The notes: generated by a model not told the origin, from the sequence alone. Shown: positions 28,049-37,434, counted from the stretch's first letter. The stretch: 64,000 nucleotides of DNA from Eubacteriales bacterium (GCA_045132775.1 JBGUSX010000143.1:2565-66564); one strand, 5' to 3'. Numbers and translations: made by a program.

Positions 28049-29425
28049 ATGAGCGAGAACAAGCTTACCTATTCAAAGACAAACTTTTACGACAACGCAA
28101 CCGAAGCCGACATCAAAGCCGCGTATGATTATTGCGTTGGTTACTGCGAGTACATGGACAACTCCAAGACCGAACGCGAGGCGGTAAAGACTACCATCGC
28201 ACTTGCGGAGAAATACGGCTACAAGAGCTATTCCTTTGGTGATAAGATCAAGGCAGGAGACAAGCTCTACTACAACAACAGAGGCAGAAATATCTACCTT
28301 GTCAGAGTCGGTAGCGAGGATATCAACAACGGTGTAAGGATCGTTGCTTCTCACATTGATAGCCCCAGACTTGACTTCAAGCAGTCCCCCATCTATGAGG
28401 AGGGCGGATTCTGCTTTGCTAAGACTCACTATTACGGTGGTGTCCGTAAGTATCAGTGGGTAGCAACACCTCTCGCACTTCACGGAACAGTAGCGAAGAA
28501 GGACGGCACAACGGTTGATATCAAGATAGGAGACGAATGCGGCGATCCCGTATTCTATATCAACGATCTTCTTCCCCATCTCGCGAAGGATCAGAATTCC
28601 AAGCCCTTGGGACAGGCTATCCCCGCAGAGAGCCTCAATATAGTCCTCGGCTCACGTCCCCTTGCTGATACCGAGGAGTCCAATAAGGTCAAGATGAATA
28701 TTCTCACAATTCTTAACGAAAAATACGGAATTGACGAAGAGGACTTCCTTTCCGCAGACATTTTCGTAGTTCCCGCGGATAACTCTCACGACGTAGGCTT
28801 TGACCGCTCCATGATCTCCGCTTACGGTCACGACGACAAGGTATGTGCATATCCTTCCCTCACCGCTCTCTTCGAGTCTGACGACAGCGTTCACACCGCA
28901 ATGGTCGTTCTTGCCGATAAGGAAGAGATAGGAAGCGAAGGAAATACAGGCATGCAGTCTGCCCTCTTCACAGACCTTCTCGGAGCTATTACCGAGGAGC
29001 TCGGCGGAAACATCTATAAGGTTAAGGCTAACTCCAAGTGCCTCTCCGCAGACGTTAACGCATGCTTCGATCCCAATTTTGCAGGCGTGTTTGAGTCTAT
29101 GAATGCCGCAAAGATCAACTGCGGTATCACGATGTCAAAATACACAGGCAGCGGCGGTAAGGGCGGCACAAACGATGCGCCTGCTGAATACATCGCCTGG
29201 ATCAGAAAGATATTCGAGGAATACGGTGTTGTATGGCAGACCGCAGAGCTCGGCAAAGCAGACCAGGGCGGCGGCGGAACCGTTGCAAAGTACATTGCAA
29301 AGCACAATATCGAGACGGTTGACCTCGGTGTTGCAGTTGTCTCGATGCACGCTCCCTACGAGCTCGTTTCCAAGACAGACGTATATACCGCTCACAAAGC
29401 GTTCTACGCTTTCCTTGAAGCATAA
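28049..29425 (+). CDS. M18-family aminopeptidase
   Basis: The start is at MSENKL after AAAGGA. It has HIDSPRLDFK, a GHDDK-type metal ligand region, and a length of ~458 aa. Confidence 0.8.
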   Translation: MSENKLTYSKTNFYDNATEADIKAAYDYCVGYCEYMDNSKTEREAVKTTIALAEKYGYKSYSFGDKIKAGDKLYYNNRGRNIYLVRVGSEDINNGVRIVASHIDSPRLDFKQSPIYEEGGFCFAKTHYYGGVRKYQWVATPLALHGTVAKKDGTTVDIKIGDECGDPVFYINDLLPHLAKDQNSKPLGQAIPAESLNIVLGSRPLADTEESNKVKMNILTILNEKYGIDEEDFLSADIFVVPADNSHDVGFDRSMISAYGHDDKVCAYPSLTALFESDDSVHTAMVVLADKEEIGSEGNTGMQSALFTDLLGAITEELGGNIYKVKANSKCLSADVNACFDPNFAGVFESMNAAKINCGITMSKYTGSGGKGGTNDAPAEYIAWIRKIFEEYGVVWQTAELGKADQGGGGTVAKYIAKHNIETVDLGVAVVSMHAPYELVSKTDVYTAHKAFYAFLEA

Positions 29426-29428
29426 TAT

Positions 29429-30505
29429 ATGTTTAAAAAATTAGATGCCACGGTTGAGAAATACGAGCGGCTTGAGTATGAGCTTGCAAACAATAATGCG
29501 CTCATTACAGATGCTACGGCTTATGCAAAGGCAATAAAGGAATACCGCTCGCTCACAGCTGTGGTCGAAAAATACCGCGAATACAAGAGATGCGAGCAGG
29601 ATATAGAAGACGCACTCCTTATAATCGATGAGACCGACGATGAGGAAATGCGTCTGCTTGCACAGGACGAGCTCAAAGAGGCAAAATCCCGTCTTGAAAC
29701 TCTTTCGGGTGAGCTGACCGTCCTACTTATTCCCCGTGACCCGAACGACGATAAAAACGTCATAGTCGAGATACGTGCAGGAGCGGGAGGCGAGGAAGCG
29801 GCACTTTTTGCCGCGGTCCTCTACCGTATGTATTCAATGTATGCCGCAACTGTAGGATTTAAGGTCTCTGTCGCGAGCTCAAATGAAACAGAGCTTGGCG
29901 GATATAAGGAGATATCCTTCTCTGTCGAGGGTGACGGAGCATATTCGAGATTCAAATTCGAGTCGGGAGTGCACAGAGTGCAAAGAGTTCCCGAAACAGA
30001 GTCGCAGGGGCGCATACAGACCTCTACCGCAACCGTCGCTGTTCTTCCGGAGGTCGAGGACGTAGAAATCGAGATAAAGGACTCCGACCTTATCTTTGAG
30101 TCCTGTAAATCGAGCGGCGCAGGCGGTCAGCATATCAATAAGACCGAATCCGCCGTAAGACTTACCCATAAGCCTACGGGTATAGTTATCGAGTGTCAGG
30201 AAGAACGTTCGCAGTTTAAGAACAAGGACAAAGCACTCAAAATGCTCCGCGCAAAGCTTTACGATATCAAACAGCGCGAGCAGAACGAAAAGGTAGCATC
30301 CGACAGAAAAAGCCAGGTCGGAACGGGCGACCGCAGCGAGAAGATTCGCACGTACAACTACCCGCAGAACCGCGTCACCGATCACCGCATCGGTGTAACT
30401 CTTTACTCTCTTGAGGATTTTCTCAACGGAAATATCGGCTCAATGATCGATTCACTCATTGCTACCGATACAGCCGAGAAGCTAAAAGCTGAAAATAACA
30501 ATTAA
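29429..30505 (+). CDS. prfA: Peptide chain release factor 1
   Basis: It has the GGQ motif SGAGGQHINKTESAVRLTH and an RF1-type tripeptide region RVPETESQGRIQTS. Confidence 0.95.
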   Translation: MFKKLDATVEKYERLEYELANNNALITDATAYAKAIKEYRSLTAVVEKYREYKRCEQDIEDALLIIDETDDEEMRLLAQDELKEAKSRLETLSGELTVLLIPRDPNDDKNVIVEIRAGAGGEEAALFAAVLYRMYSMYAATVGFKVSVASSNETELGGYKEISFSVEGDGAYSRFKFESGVHRVQRVPETESQGRIQTSTATVAVLPEVEDVEIEIKDSDLIFESCKSSGAGGQHINKTESAVRLTHKPTGIVIECQEERSQFKNKDKALKMLRAKLYDIKQREQNEKVASDRKSQVGTGDRSEKIRTYNYPQNRVTDHRIGVTLYSLEDFLNGNIGSMIDSLIATDTAEKLKAENNN

Positions 30506-30526
30506 AAATCAGAAAGGAGCCGCATT

Positions 30527-31600
30527 TTGAATACCCGGATCATCAAAATAGACAACCTTGAAGCTCAACGCCGCGATATTGAAGATGCGGCTTCGATAAT
30601 AAGAGAGGGCGGACTTGTCGTCATCCCCACAGAAACTGTTTACGGACTCGGAGGAGATGCAACGAATCCAAGCTCGTCAAAGAAGATATATGCCGCCAAA
30701 GGCCGCCCGTCCGATAATCCCCTGATAATTCATATCGCCGAGCCTTCAGATGCGGAAAAATATGCGCATACCAACGAAACCTACTACAATTTGGCGAAAG
30801 CCTTTATGCCGGGACCTCTTACCGTGATCCTGCCCAAAAAGGACACGGTCCCCTATGAGACCACGGGAGGACTCGAGACCGTTGCTGTCAGATGTCCCTC
30901 CAATCCCATCGCGCACGAAATAATCAAGTGTGCAAAAGTCCCGATCGCCGCACCGTCGGCAAATATATCGGGCAGACCGTCCGCCACAAATGCCGAATAC
31001 GTTAAAGAGGACTTTGACGGAGCCGTTGATATGATCATCGACGGAGGTGACTCGGAGATCGGACTTGAATCAACAATAGTTTTGATAAAAAACACTCCGA
31101 GCGGAGATTCGCTGATTCTTCTCCGCCCCGGAGCAATAACATACGACGCGCTTTGTTGTGTCTGTGAAAGAGTTGAGATATCTCCGACTCTCGAAGGGAC
31201 ACTCAGTGAAAACGAGCACCCGATGTCGCCGGGAATGAAATATAAGCACTACGCCCCCTCTGCACCGCTCGTGCTTCTCGACGGAAAGAATGAAGACGTG
31301 CTTGAATTTCTTAAACGTGAGCAGAATACGAAAAAATGCGCAATAATCTGTTACGATGAGGAAAAGGATCAGCTTCGTGACGAGCTCCTTTTACCGATTG
31401 GCGAGAAGAATGATCTTGCTTCACACAGCAAACTCTTGTTTTCAAGCCTGCGCAAATGTGACCGACTTTCCCCGGAGATAATCTACGCGCATCTGCCAAC
31501 CAAAGAAGGCTTGGGACTTGCTCTGTATAACAGAATGATAAGAGCCGCCGCGCATACCGTACTTAAAATTGAAAAAGATGACTTTATGAAAGGTGTTTAA
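30527..31600 (+). CDS. tsaC: L-threonylcarbamoyladenylate synthase (Sua5/YwlC type, with C-terminal Sua5 domain)
   Basis: TTG start 7 nt after AAAGGAG. YrdC-domain motifs are VVIPTETVYGLGGDA, KGRPSDNPLIIH and APSANISGRPS. Confidence 0.9.
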   Translation: MNTRIIKIDNLEAQRRDIEDAASIIREGGLVVIPTETVYGLGGDATNPSSSKKIYAAKGRPSDNPLIIHIAEPSDAEKYAHTNETYYNLAKAFMPGPLTVILPKKDTVPYETTGGLETVAVRCPSNPIAHEIIKCAKVPIAAPSANISGRPSATNAEYVKEDFDGAVDMIIDGGDSEIGLESTIVLIKNTPSGDSLILLRPGAITYDALCCVCERVEISPTLEGTLSENEHPMSPGMKYKHYAPSAPLVLLDGKNEDVLEFLKREQNTKKCAIICYDEEKDQLRDELLLPIGEKNDLASHSKLLFSSLRKCDRLSPEIIYAHLPTKEGLGLALYNRMIRAAAHTVLKIEKDDFMKGV

Positions 31601-31605
31601 AATAA

Positions 31606-33852
31606 ATGGCGAGAAAAAAGAAACAAAACGATGAAGTAAAGCAGATAGTCTATGCTCCCGTTTTGCCGCAGCTTATTACCGATACGATCGAGAAAAACTA
31701 TATGCCCTACACAATGAGCGTTATAGTTTCGCGTGCTATTCCCGAGATCGACGGCTTCAAGCCCGCGCACAGAAAGATCCTCTATACTATGTATACAATG
31801 GGGCTTCTCAAGGGTCCGAGAACAAAGAGCGCGAATATCGTTGGAGCGGTTATGAAGCTCCACCCTCACGGTGACCAGTCGATTTATGAAACGATGGTGC
31901 GTCTTACAAGAGGTAACGAGACACTTCTCCACCCCTTCGTTGACTCCAAGGGAAGCTTTGGTAAGCAGTATTCGTCGGATATGAAATTTGCGGCACCTCG
32001 TTACACCGAGGCAAAGCTTGATAGCTTCTGTGCAGAGCTTTTCGAGGGAATTGACAAAAATGCAGTCGAGATGGTCGATAACTACGACGGAACGCTTAAA
32101 GAGCCCCAGTTACTCCCCACGACCTTCCCAAATATCCTGGTAACTCCCAACAGCGGTATTGCCGTAGGTATGGCATCTGATATTTGTTCGTTCAATCTTG
32201 CCGAAATATGTGACGGAACGATCGCAATACTTAAAAAGCCAAATATCACCGTCGAGCAGATAATGGACATAATAAAAGCCCCCGATTTCCCGGGAGGCGG
32301 ACAGATCCTTTATGACGTTGATCAGATGAGACAGATCTACGAGACGGGTGACGGCTCCTTTAAGATCCGCTCAAGATATTCTTACGACGCATCCGAGAAC
32401 TGCATAGATATTCTTCAGATTCCCTACTCCACCACGATCGAGCAGATACTCAATAAGATATCTGCTCTCGTAAAAGAAGGAAAGCTCAAGGAAGTGGTTG
32501 ACTTCCGCGATGAGATCGACCGCGACGGATTCAAGCTCACACTTGATCTCCGCAAAGGAACAGATCCCGATAAGCTTATGCAAAAGCTCTTCAAGATCAC
32601 GCCTCTTGAGAGCGCCTTCAAGTGTAACTTCAATATCATCATCGATGCAGAGCCCCGTCAGCTCGGAGTAATCGAGATTCTTTCCGAATGGATAGAATTC
32701 CGTAAGGTCTGCCTTACCCGAGAACTTAAATTTGACCTTGGCAAGAAGAATGATAAGCTTCACCTCTTGCTCGGTCTCGGTAAGATACTTCTTGACATTG
32801 ATAAGGCGATAAGAATTATCCGTAAGACCGAAAAAGAAGAAGACGTTATCCCCAATCTTTGTGAGGGATTCAGTATCGATGAGATCCAGGCAAACTATAT
32901 TGCCGAGATCAAGCTCCGCAACCTCAACCGCGAGTATATTATTAACAGGATATCTGAGATAGAGGACCTCAAGGCACAGATTGCCGAAATTGAGGCGATA
33001 CTCAAGGATGAATATAAGCTTAAAGCACTTATCGCTAAACAGCTCACAGATATCAAGAAGAAGTACGGTCAGCCCCGTAAGTCGCAGATCATCCACCTTG
33101 ACACTATTGAGGAATATGTTGAAGAGGATACCGTCGAAAACTATCCCTGTAAGGTGGTTCTCTCCCGTGACGGTTATTTCAAGAAGATAACGTATAAATC
33201 TCTCCAGGGTAATGACGAGCAAAGATTTAAGGAAGGTGACAGCTTAAGGCAGATATTTGATGCCGAGAATAAAGATGTCGCAATGTTCTTTACAGATGCC
33301 GCACAGCTCTACAGAGCGAATATCAGCGACTTTGAAAATACAAAGGCATCAGTCATCGGTGATTTCCTCCCTGCCGAGCTCAAGATGGATCCGGGTGAAA
33401 AGCCAATTTATATGACTCTACAGAGCGAGTTCCGCGAGGGATACAATTACGTATTCGTCTTTGAAAACGGTAAGGGTGTACGTATTCCCGAAAAGGCTTA
33501 TGAGACGTCGAGCATCAGAAGAAAGCTCAAAGGTATATTCTCAACCGCCTCTCCGATCGTAGCGGTATTCTCAGAGCAGGAGAAAAACCCGTTTGAGATA
33601 ATGCTCGTATCCAGTGAGGACAGAGCAATAATAATCAAGACCTCGCTCATTCCGATAAAGAGCACCAAGACGTCAATCGGTGTTCAGCTTATGACACTTA
33701 AGAAGAATCAAAAGCTGACTGCTGCTATATCGGATTTCGAGAGCGTGTATGAGAATACCAAGGGATACAGAAAGCTCAAGCTCCCCGCAACAGGAGTGCT
33801 TCTGGGCGATAAAGACATAAACAAGCAGCAATTAAGTATAGAAGATATTTAA
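31606..33852 (+). CDS. Type IIA topoisomerase subunit A (GyrA/ParC-like paralog)
   Basis: 748 aa with motifs DGFKPAHRKILY, HPHGD and the catalytic-Tyr context AAPRYTEAKL. No GyrB/ParE-like gene is in the window. Confidence 0.8.
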   Translation: MARKKKQNDEVKQIVYAPVLPQLITDTIEKNYMPYTMSVIVSRAIPEIDGFKPAHRKILYTMYTMGLLKGPRTKSANIVGAVMKLHPHGDQSIYETMVRLTRGNETLLHPFVDSKGSFGKQYSSDMKFAAPRYTEAKLDSFCAELFEGIDKNAVEMVDNYDGTLKEPQLLPTTFPNILVTPNSGIAVGMASDICSFNLAEICDGTIAILKKPNITVEQIMDIIKAPDFPGGGQILYDVDQMRQIYETGDGSFKIRSRYSYDASENCIDILQIPYSTTIEQILNKISALVKEGKLKEVVDFRDEIDRDGFKLTLDLRKGTDPDKLMQKLFKITPLESAFKCNFNIIIDAEPRQLGVIEILSEWIEFRKVCLTRELKFDLGKKNDKLHLLLGLGKILLDIDKAIRIIRKTEKEEDVIPNLCEGFSIDEIQANYIAEIKLRNLNREYIINRISEIEDLKAQIAEIEAILKDEYKLKALIAKQLTDIKKKYGQPRKSQIIHLDTIEEYVEEDTVENYPCKVVLSRDGYFKKITYKSLQGNDEQRFKEGDSLRQIFDAENKDVAMFFTDAAQLYRANISDFENTKASVIGDFLPAELKMDPGEKPIYMTLQSEFREGYNYVFVFENGKGVRIPEKAYETSSIRRKLKGIFSTASPIVAVFSEQEKNPFEIMLVSSEDRAIIIKTSLIPIKSTKTSIGVQLMTLKKNQKLTAAISDFESVYENTKGYRKLKLPATGVLLGDKDINKQQLSIEDI

Positions 33853-33867
33853 ACGGAGGATAAAACA

Positions 33868-33984
33868 ATGGGCGAAAAGAAAAGAAAGCTTTGGATAAAG
33901 GTAACAGCTATAGTTCTTGCAGGACTTATGGCGGCAGGTACGATCTATACAACAGTATCATTTCTCCTGCTTGCCATGGCATAA
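33868..33984 (+). CDS. Small (38 aa) single-TM protein
   Basis: It is not in the ORF track (too short). ATG lies 7 nt after GGAGGA and 15 nt after the topoisomerase stop. The sequence is MGEKKRKLWIKVTAIVLAGLMAAGTIYTTVSFLLLAMA, followed by a perfect terminator. Confidence 0.5.
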   Translation: MGEKKRKLWIKVTAIVLAGLMAAGTIYTTVSFLLLAMA

Positions 33985-34024
33985 ACAAAACAAGAGGACG
34001 ACTCAGTCGTCCTCTTGTTTTGTT
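33985..34024. terminator. Bidirectional rho-independent terminator
   Basis: AAAACAAGAGGACGA-CTCAG-TCGTCCTCTTGTTTT between convergent small genes. Confidence 0.9.
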
Positions 34025-34035
34025 TATGGGAAAAA

Positions 34036-34314
34036 TTATTCCTCGGTATCCTCTTCCTCTTCGGGAGTATCGATAATAATAGTATCGATCTCGCCGTTGC
34101 CCGTAGTATCAAGCATAATGGCATCAGCCTCGCCGTCCCCGTCAAGATCTATCCTTCCAAGGATCTTGGAACGGTATTTATTCTCAAGGAACTTGTAGAC
34201 AATGGCATAAGCCGCCGCAATGACAGCCACAATAGAAACAACGGTCAGAATAACCTTAAGAGGAGATCTTCTCTTCTTTTTTTCTTCAATCACTACATAC
34301 TGTGTCTTTCTCAT
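34036..34314 (-). CDS. Small membrane-anchored acidic protein with two EF-hand/dockerin-like DxDxDG loops
   Basis: 92 aa with a GGAGG RBS. It has a basic N-terminus and one TM, then DLDGDGEADAIM and DTTGNGEIDTII, and an acidic tail EEEEDTEE. Confidence 0.6.
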   Translation of the reverse strand: MRKTQYVVIEEKKKRRSPLKVILTVVSIVAVIAAAYAIVYKFLENKYRSKILGRIDLDGDGEADAIMLDTTGNGEIDTIIIDTPEEEEDTEE

Positions 34315-34405
34315 AAAAACACCTCCAAACAGACTGATTTATCAAATGTCCTGCAAATATTATATCAGTTGTAAATATAAATTATGTGAATATCCTGTAA
34401 ATTAT

Positions 34406-35002
34406 TCAAGCGTATATTGCACGCGATCCCCCAATGAATTTCGGGCGAGTGTATGCGCAAACAACGTTAGCACACCCAATATTTTTCACGGAGAGTCTTA
34501 TCGGAACGGCAACGTCGCGAAGATGCATACCGATAAGCGTATCACCAATGTCGATTCCTGCGTGTGCACGTATGTGCTCAACCGCAACGGGATCGGTCAT
34601 ATTCTGATATGTCACTGTTGCAAAGGAACCTCCTGCCTTTGCCTGAGGAATGACGGCAACGGGCTCATATCCATATTTCTCCGCGCATTCTCTTTCAATT
34701 ATCAGAGCGCGATTCAAATGCTCACAGCACTGCGCAGCAAGATAAACACCCTTTTCCTTGATAATAGGATAAATAACTTCAAAAAGAAGCTTTGCAGCCC
34801 CATAGCTTGAACCCTTGCCAATATTATTGCCAAGAATTTCGGAGGATGAGCAACCAATGACAAGAATATCACCCTTTTTCAAGCTTGTTTTGTCAAAAAG
34901 CTCGTTTATCAATGCGCTGGCAGATGCAACGATCGTTTTTTTGCACTCGTCGTCGACCGAAAGCTCCGCACCCAAAGAAACGTCTACCATATTTTTCTCC
35001 AA
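34406..35002 (-). CDS. TIGR01440-family (UPF0340) protein
   Basis: 198 aa with DILVIGCSSSEILG and the overall pattern of the family. Confidence 0.8.
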   Translation of the reverse strand: MEKNMVDVSLGAELSVDDECKKTIVASASALINELFDKTSLKKGDILVIGCSSSEILGNNIGKGSSYGAAKLLFEVIYPIIKEKGVYLAAQCCEHLNRALIIERECAEKYGYEPVAVIPQAKAGGSFATVTYQNMTDPVAVEHIRAHAGIDIGDTLIGMHLRDVAVPIRLSVKNIGCANVVCAYTRPKFIGGSRAIYA

Positions 35003-35010
35003 TCAAAAAA

Positions 35011-36177
35011 TTACCACTTATCGCTGTCATTTTCGGGAATGACCTTCTCAAGAGACGCAATAGCGCACTCGATCATACTGTCATCGGGCTCCTTGGTTGT
35101 AATGTGCTGAAGCCACACACCGGGAGCCGAGATAATGCGTGTAAAGAGGTTGTCGTGTCTGCCTGCGATCTTGATAAGCTCGTAACCAATTCCAACGATC
35201 AAAGGAAGCAAAAGAAGCTTGATAAGAACCCTGATGATCGTTATCGGAACAAATCCGAATATCAGATAGAAAAGCGGATCAATAAAGAAAGAAACAAAAA
35301 TACCGACAAGAAGCATCAGAATAAGGAAGCTTGTGCCGCATCTGGGGTGAAATCTTCTCTGCTTTCTTACGTTCTCGACAGTAAGCTCAAGTCCCTGCTC
35401 GTAACAGAAGATCGCCTTGTGCTCTGCTCCGTGATACATAAACGTTCTCTTTATATCCTTCATAAAGGATATCGCAGCCATATAACCAACAAGAATAACT
35501 ATCTTCAAAACACCCTCAAAGACTGATTTTATAAGCGACTGTGTTGCAGGATGCTCGGGTTTGAGAAAAGGCATAAGGAATGCTGCACCCTCATAAAGAG
35601 CGGCGGGGATAATAATAAAGAGCGCAATTGAGAAAACGATTCCGAGAAGAACACTGAATCCCATAACCGCGCCAATAACCGCAGAGGACTCTTTTTTTTC
35701 CTTCTTTGCGGAAACTTCGGGAATACAATTATCGTTTGATACCGCATCTTCTGATTCTTCAGATACTGTTTCCGCAGTCTCTATGGTATCCTGTGCTTTA
35801 GTCTCGCTTGCCCCAACGTTTCCCTTGCGTTCAGCCTTTTTTGCCTCTTTAGCAGCCTTTTTCGCAGCCTTTTCGCGAGCCATCTCTGCTTCAGCCTCTT
35901 CAAGACCCGAGATCTCTGCGGAGCGCAAAAGACACTTGATTCCAAGAACCATAGAGTCAATATAGTTAAAAACTCCGCGCACTACGGGGAGCTTGAAAAA
36001 TTTAGCGCGTTTTTTGGTCTCGGTCGGGAAGCTTTCAATTACCATTTCCCCCTCAGTATTTCTCACCGCCATAGCAGTAAGCTCGGGACCGCGCATCATA
36101 ATTCCCTCCATTAACGCCTGACCTCCGATAGAGGTCTTTTTTGCGCATGCGGAAGGACATGATCTGTCTTTTTTCAT
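35011..36177 (-). CDS. DUF1385-domain membrane protein (YqhQ-like) with a low-complexity insertion
   Basis: IGGQALMEGIMMRGP near the N-terminus, HGAEHK, and C-terminal TMs. About 70 aa of K/A/E-rich insert (EAEAEMAREKAAKKAAKEAKKAERK...). Confidence 0.8.
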   Translation of the reverse strand: MKKDRSCPSACAKKTSIGGQALMEGIMMRGPELTAMAVRNTEGEMVIESFPTETKKRAKFFKLPVVRGVFNYIDSMVLGIKCLLRSAEISGLEEAEAEMAREKAAKKAAKEAKKAERKGNVGASETKAQDTIETAETVSEESEDAVSNDNCIPEVSAKKEKKESSAVIGAVMGFSVLLGIVFSIALFIIIPAALYEGAAFLMPFLKPEHPATQSLIKSVFEGVLKIVILVGYMAAISFMKDIKRTFMYHGAEHKAIFCYEQGLELTVENVRKQRRFHPRCGTSFLILMLLVGIFVSFFIDPLFYLIFGFVPITIIRVLIKLLLLPLIVGIGYELIKIAGRHDNLFTRIISAPGVWLQHITTKEPDDSMIECAIASLEKVIPENDSDKW

Positions 36178-36211
36178 ACTGGTGTGAATATCCTTTCAAA
36201 CTAAACTTGCC

Positions 36212-36247
36212 ACGACACCGCAGAGAGTGATATCACTGCGGTGTCGT
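36212..36247 (-). terminator. Strong hairpin between prs-like and DUF1385 genes (terminator or processing/attenuation element, no clear U-tract)
   Basis: 12-bp perfect stem ACGACACCGCAG / CTGCGGTGTCGT with a 12-nt loop. Confidence 0.45.
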
Positions 36248-36257
36248 TAATTTAAAA

Positions 36258-37376
36258 TTATTCCATTTCAGCTCTGTGCTTTGCAACGATCTTATTGATT
36301 CTCTTAACGGGATCAAGAAGCTCGCTGATCGTAGCATCATGGTTAAGTGTATCGATAATGTAGGAGACGTACTTACACATATTTACCTCAACGTGCCAGG
36401 GCTTTTCTTTAAGTCCGGGACGGCTGTAAACGAGGTTTGTTGTAAACACCTTGGAAATTATGCCGTCATTGTACGCCTTGTCGAATTTCTCAAAGCCGTC
36501 GGTAAAGAGACCAAAGGTGGAGAAAGCAAATATTCTCTTTGCGCCTCTCGTCTTGAGCTGCGAGCAAACGTCGAGCATGGACTCACCCGAGGAGATCATA
36601 TCGTCAACAACGATAACGTCCTTTCCTGTGAGATCCTGACCGAGATATTCGTGAGCCTCAATGGGATTCTTTCCGTTAATAATTACGGAATAGTTGCGGC
36701 GCTTATAGAACATACCGATATCAATTCCGAGAACCGAGGAGTAGTACATACATCTTCCCATAGCTCCCTCATCGGGGGAGATCATCATAAGGTGTTCCTT
36801 GTCGATTACGATGTCGGGAACGTTCTTGATAAGTGCCTTTATCATCTGGTAGGAGGGTCTTACGTTATCGAAGCCTGAAAGCGGGATAGCATTCGATACT
36901 CTGGGGTCGTGCGCGTCGAAGGTGATGATATTGCTAACACCCATAGCGACGAGCTCCTGTAGCATAATAGCGCAGTCGAGAGACTCGCGGGTCGATCTCT
37001 TGTGCTGTCTGCCCTCGTAAAGCATAGGCATAATAACGGTTATACGTCTTGCCTTACCTGCGATAGCAGCAATGATTCTTTTGAGATCGGCATAATGATC
37101 GTCGGGACTCATCGGAACTGTCTGACCGTACATGCGGTATGTGACACCGTAGTTGAAAACGTCGCAAATAATGTAAACGTCCTGTCCTCTCATAGAGTGG
37201 TGGATAAGACCCTTACCTTCACCCGTTCCAAATCTGGGGCAAAGAGCCTCAACGAGATATGTGTCCTCGCTGGTGTGTCTGCGCCATTCCTTGAGGTAGT
37301 TGTCAACCTGTTGTGCGAATGCCTCGCAGCCCTTCATTCCGATCACGCTTAACTCTGCAAACTGTGCGTCCTTCAT
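36258..37376 (-). CDS. prs: Ribose-phosphate pyrophosphokinase family protein (divergent long form)
   Basis: The start is at MKDAQFAEL (RBS GGGAGG), not the TTG at 37535. PRPP-binding loop is DVIVVDDMISSGESM, with RRITVIMPMLYEGRQHKR. 372 aa. Confidence 0.8.
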   Translation of the reverse strand: MKDAQFAELSVIGMKGCEAFAQQVDNYLKEWRRHTSEDTYLVEALCPRFGTGEGKGLIHHSMRGQDVYIICDVFNYGVTYRMYGQTVPMSPDDHYADLKRIIAAIAGKARRITVIMPMLYEGRQHKRSTRESLDCAIMLQELVAMGVSNIITFDAHDPRVSNAIPLSGFDNVRPSYQMIKALIKNVPDIVIDKEHLMMISPDEGAMGRCMYYSSVLGIDIGMFYKRRNYSVIINGKNPIEAHEYLGQDLTGKDVIVVDDMISSGESMLDVCSQLKTRGAKRIFAFSTFGLFTDGFEKFDKAYNDGIISKVFTTNLVYSRPGLKEKPWHVEVNMCKYVSYIIDTLNHDATISELLDPVKRINKIVAKHRAEME

Positions 37377-37391
37377 TTTTAGATCCTCCCT

Positions 37392-37411
37392 TTGATGTGT
37401 CTTGATGTGTC
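37392..37411. repeat. Perfect tandem 2 x 10-bp repeat in the rhaB-prs spacer
   Basis: TTGATGTGTC TTGATGTGTC (minus strand GACACATCAA x2) ends 10 nt upstream of the prs RBS. Confidence 0.9.
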
Positions 37412-37434
37412 GTTGGTTATCCTTATATCCTGAA

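Noticed and set aside
32371-33222. There are other long antisense ORFs. Examples are 32371-33222 opposite the topoisomerase gene, 44885-45535 and 45201-45809 opposite tsaB/rpiB/ispD, 34885-35526 opposite DUF1385, 36276-36878 opposite prs, and 17321-17974 opposite the mutase.
   Set aside because: The same codon-bias explanation applies. The translations are low-complexity or odd in composition, they have no RBS, and each is fully covered by a well-supported gene on the other strand.
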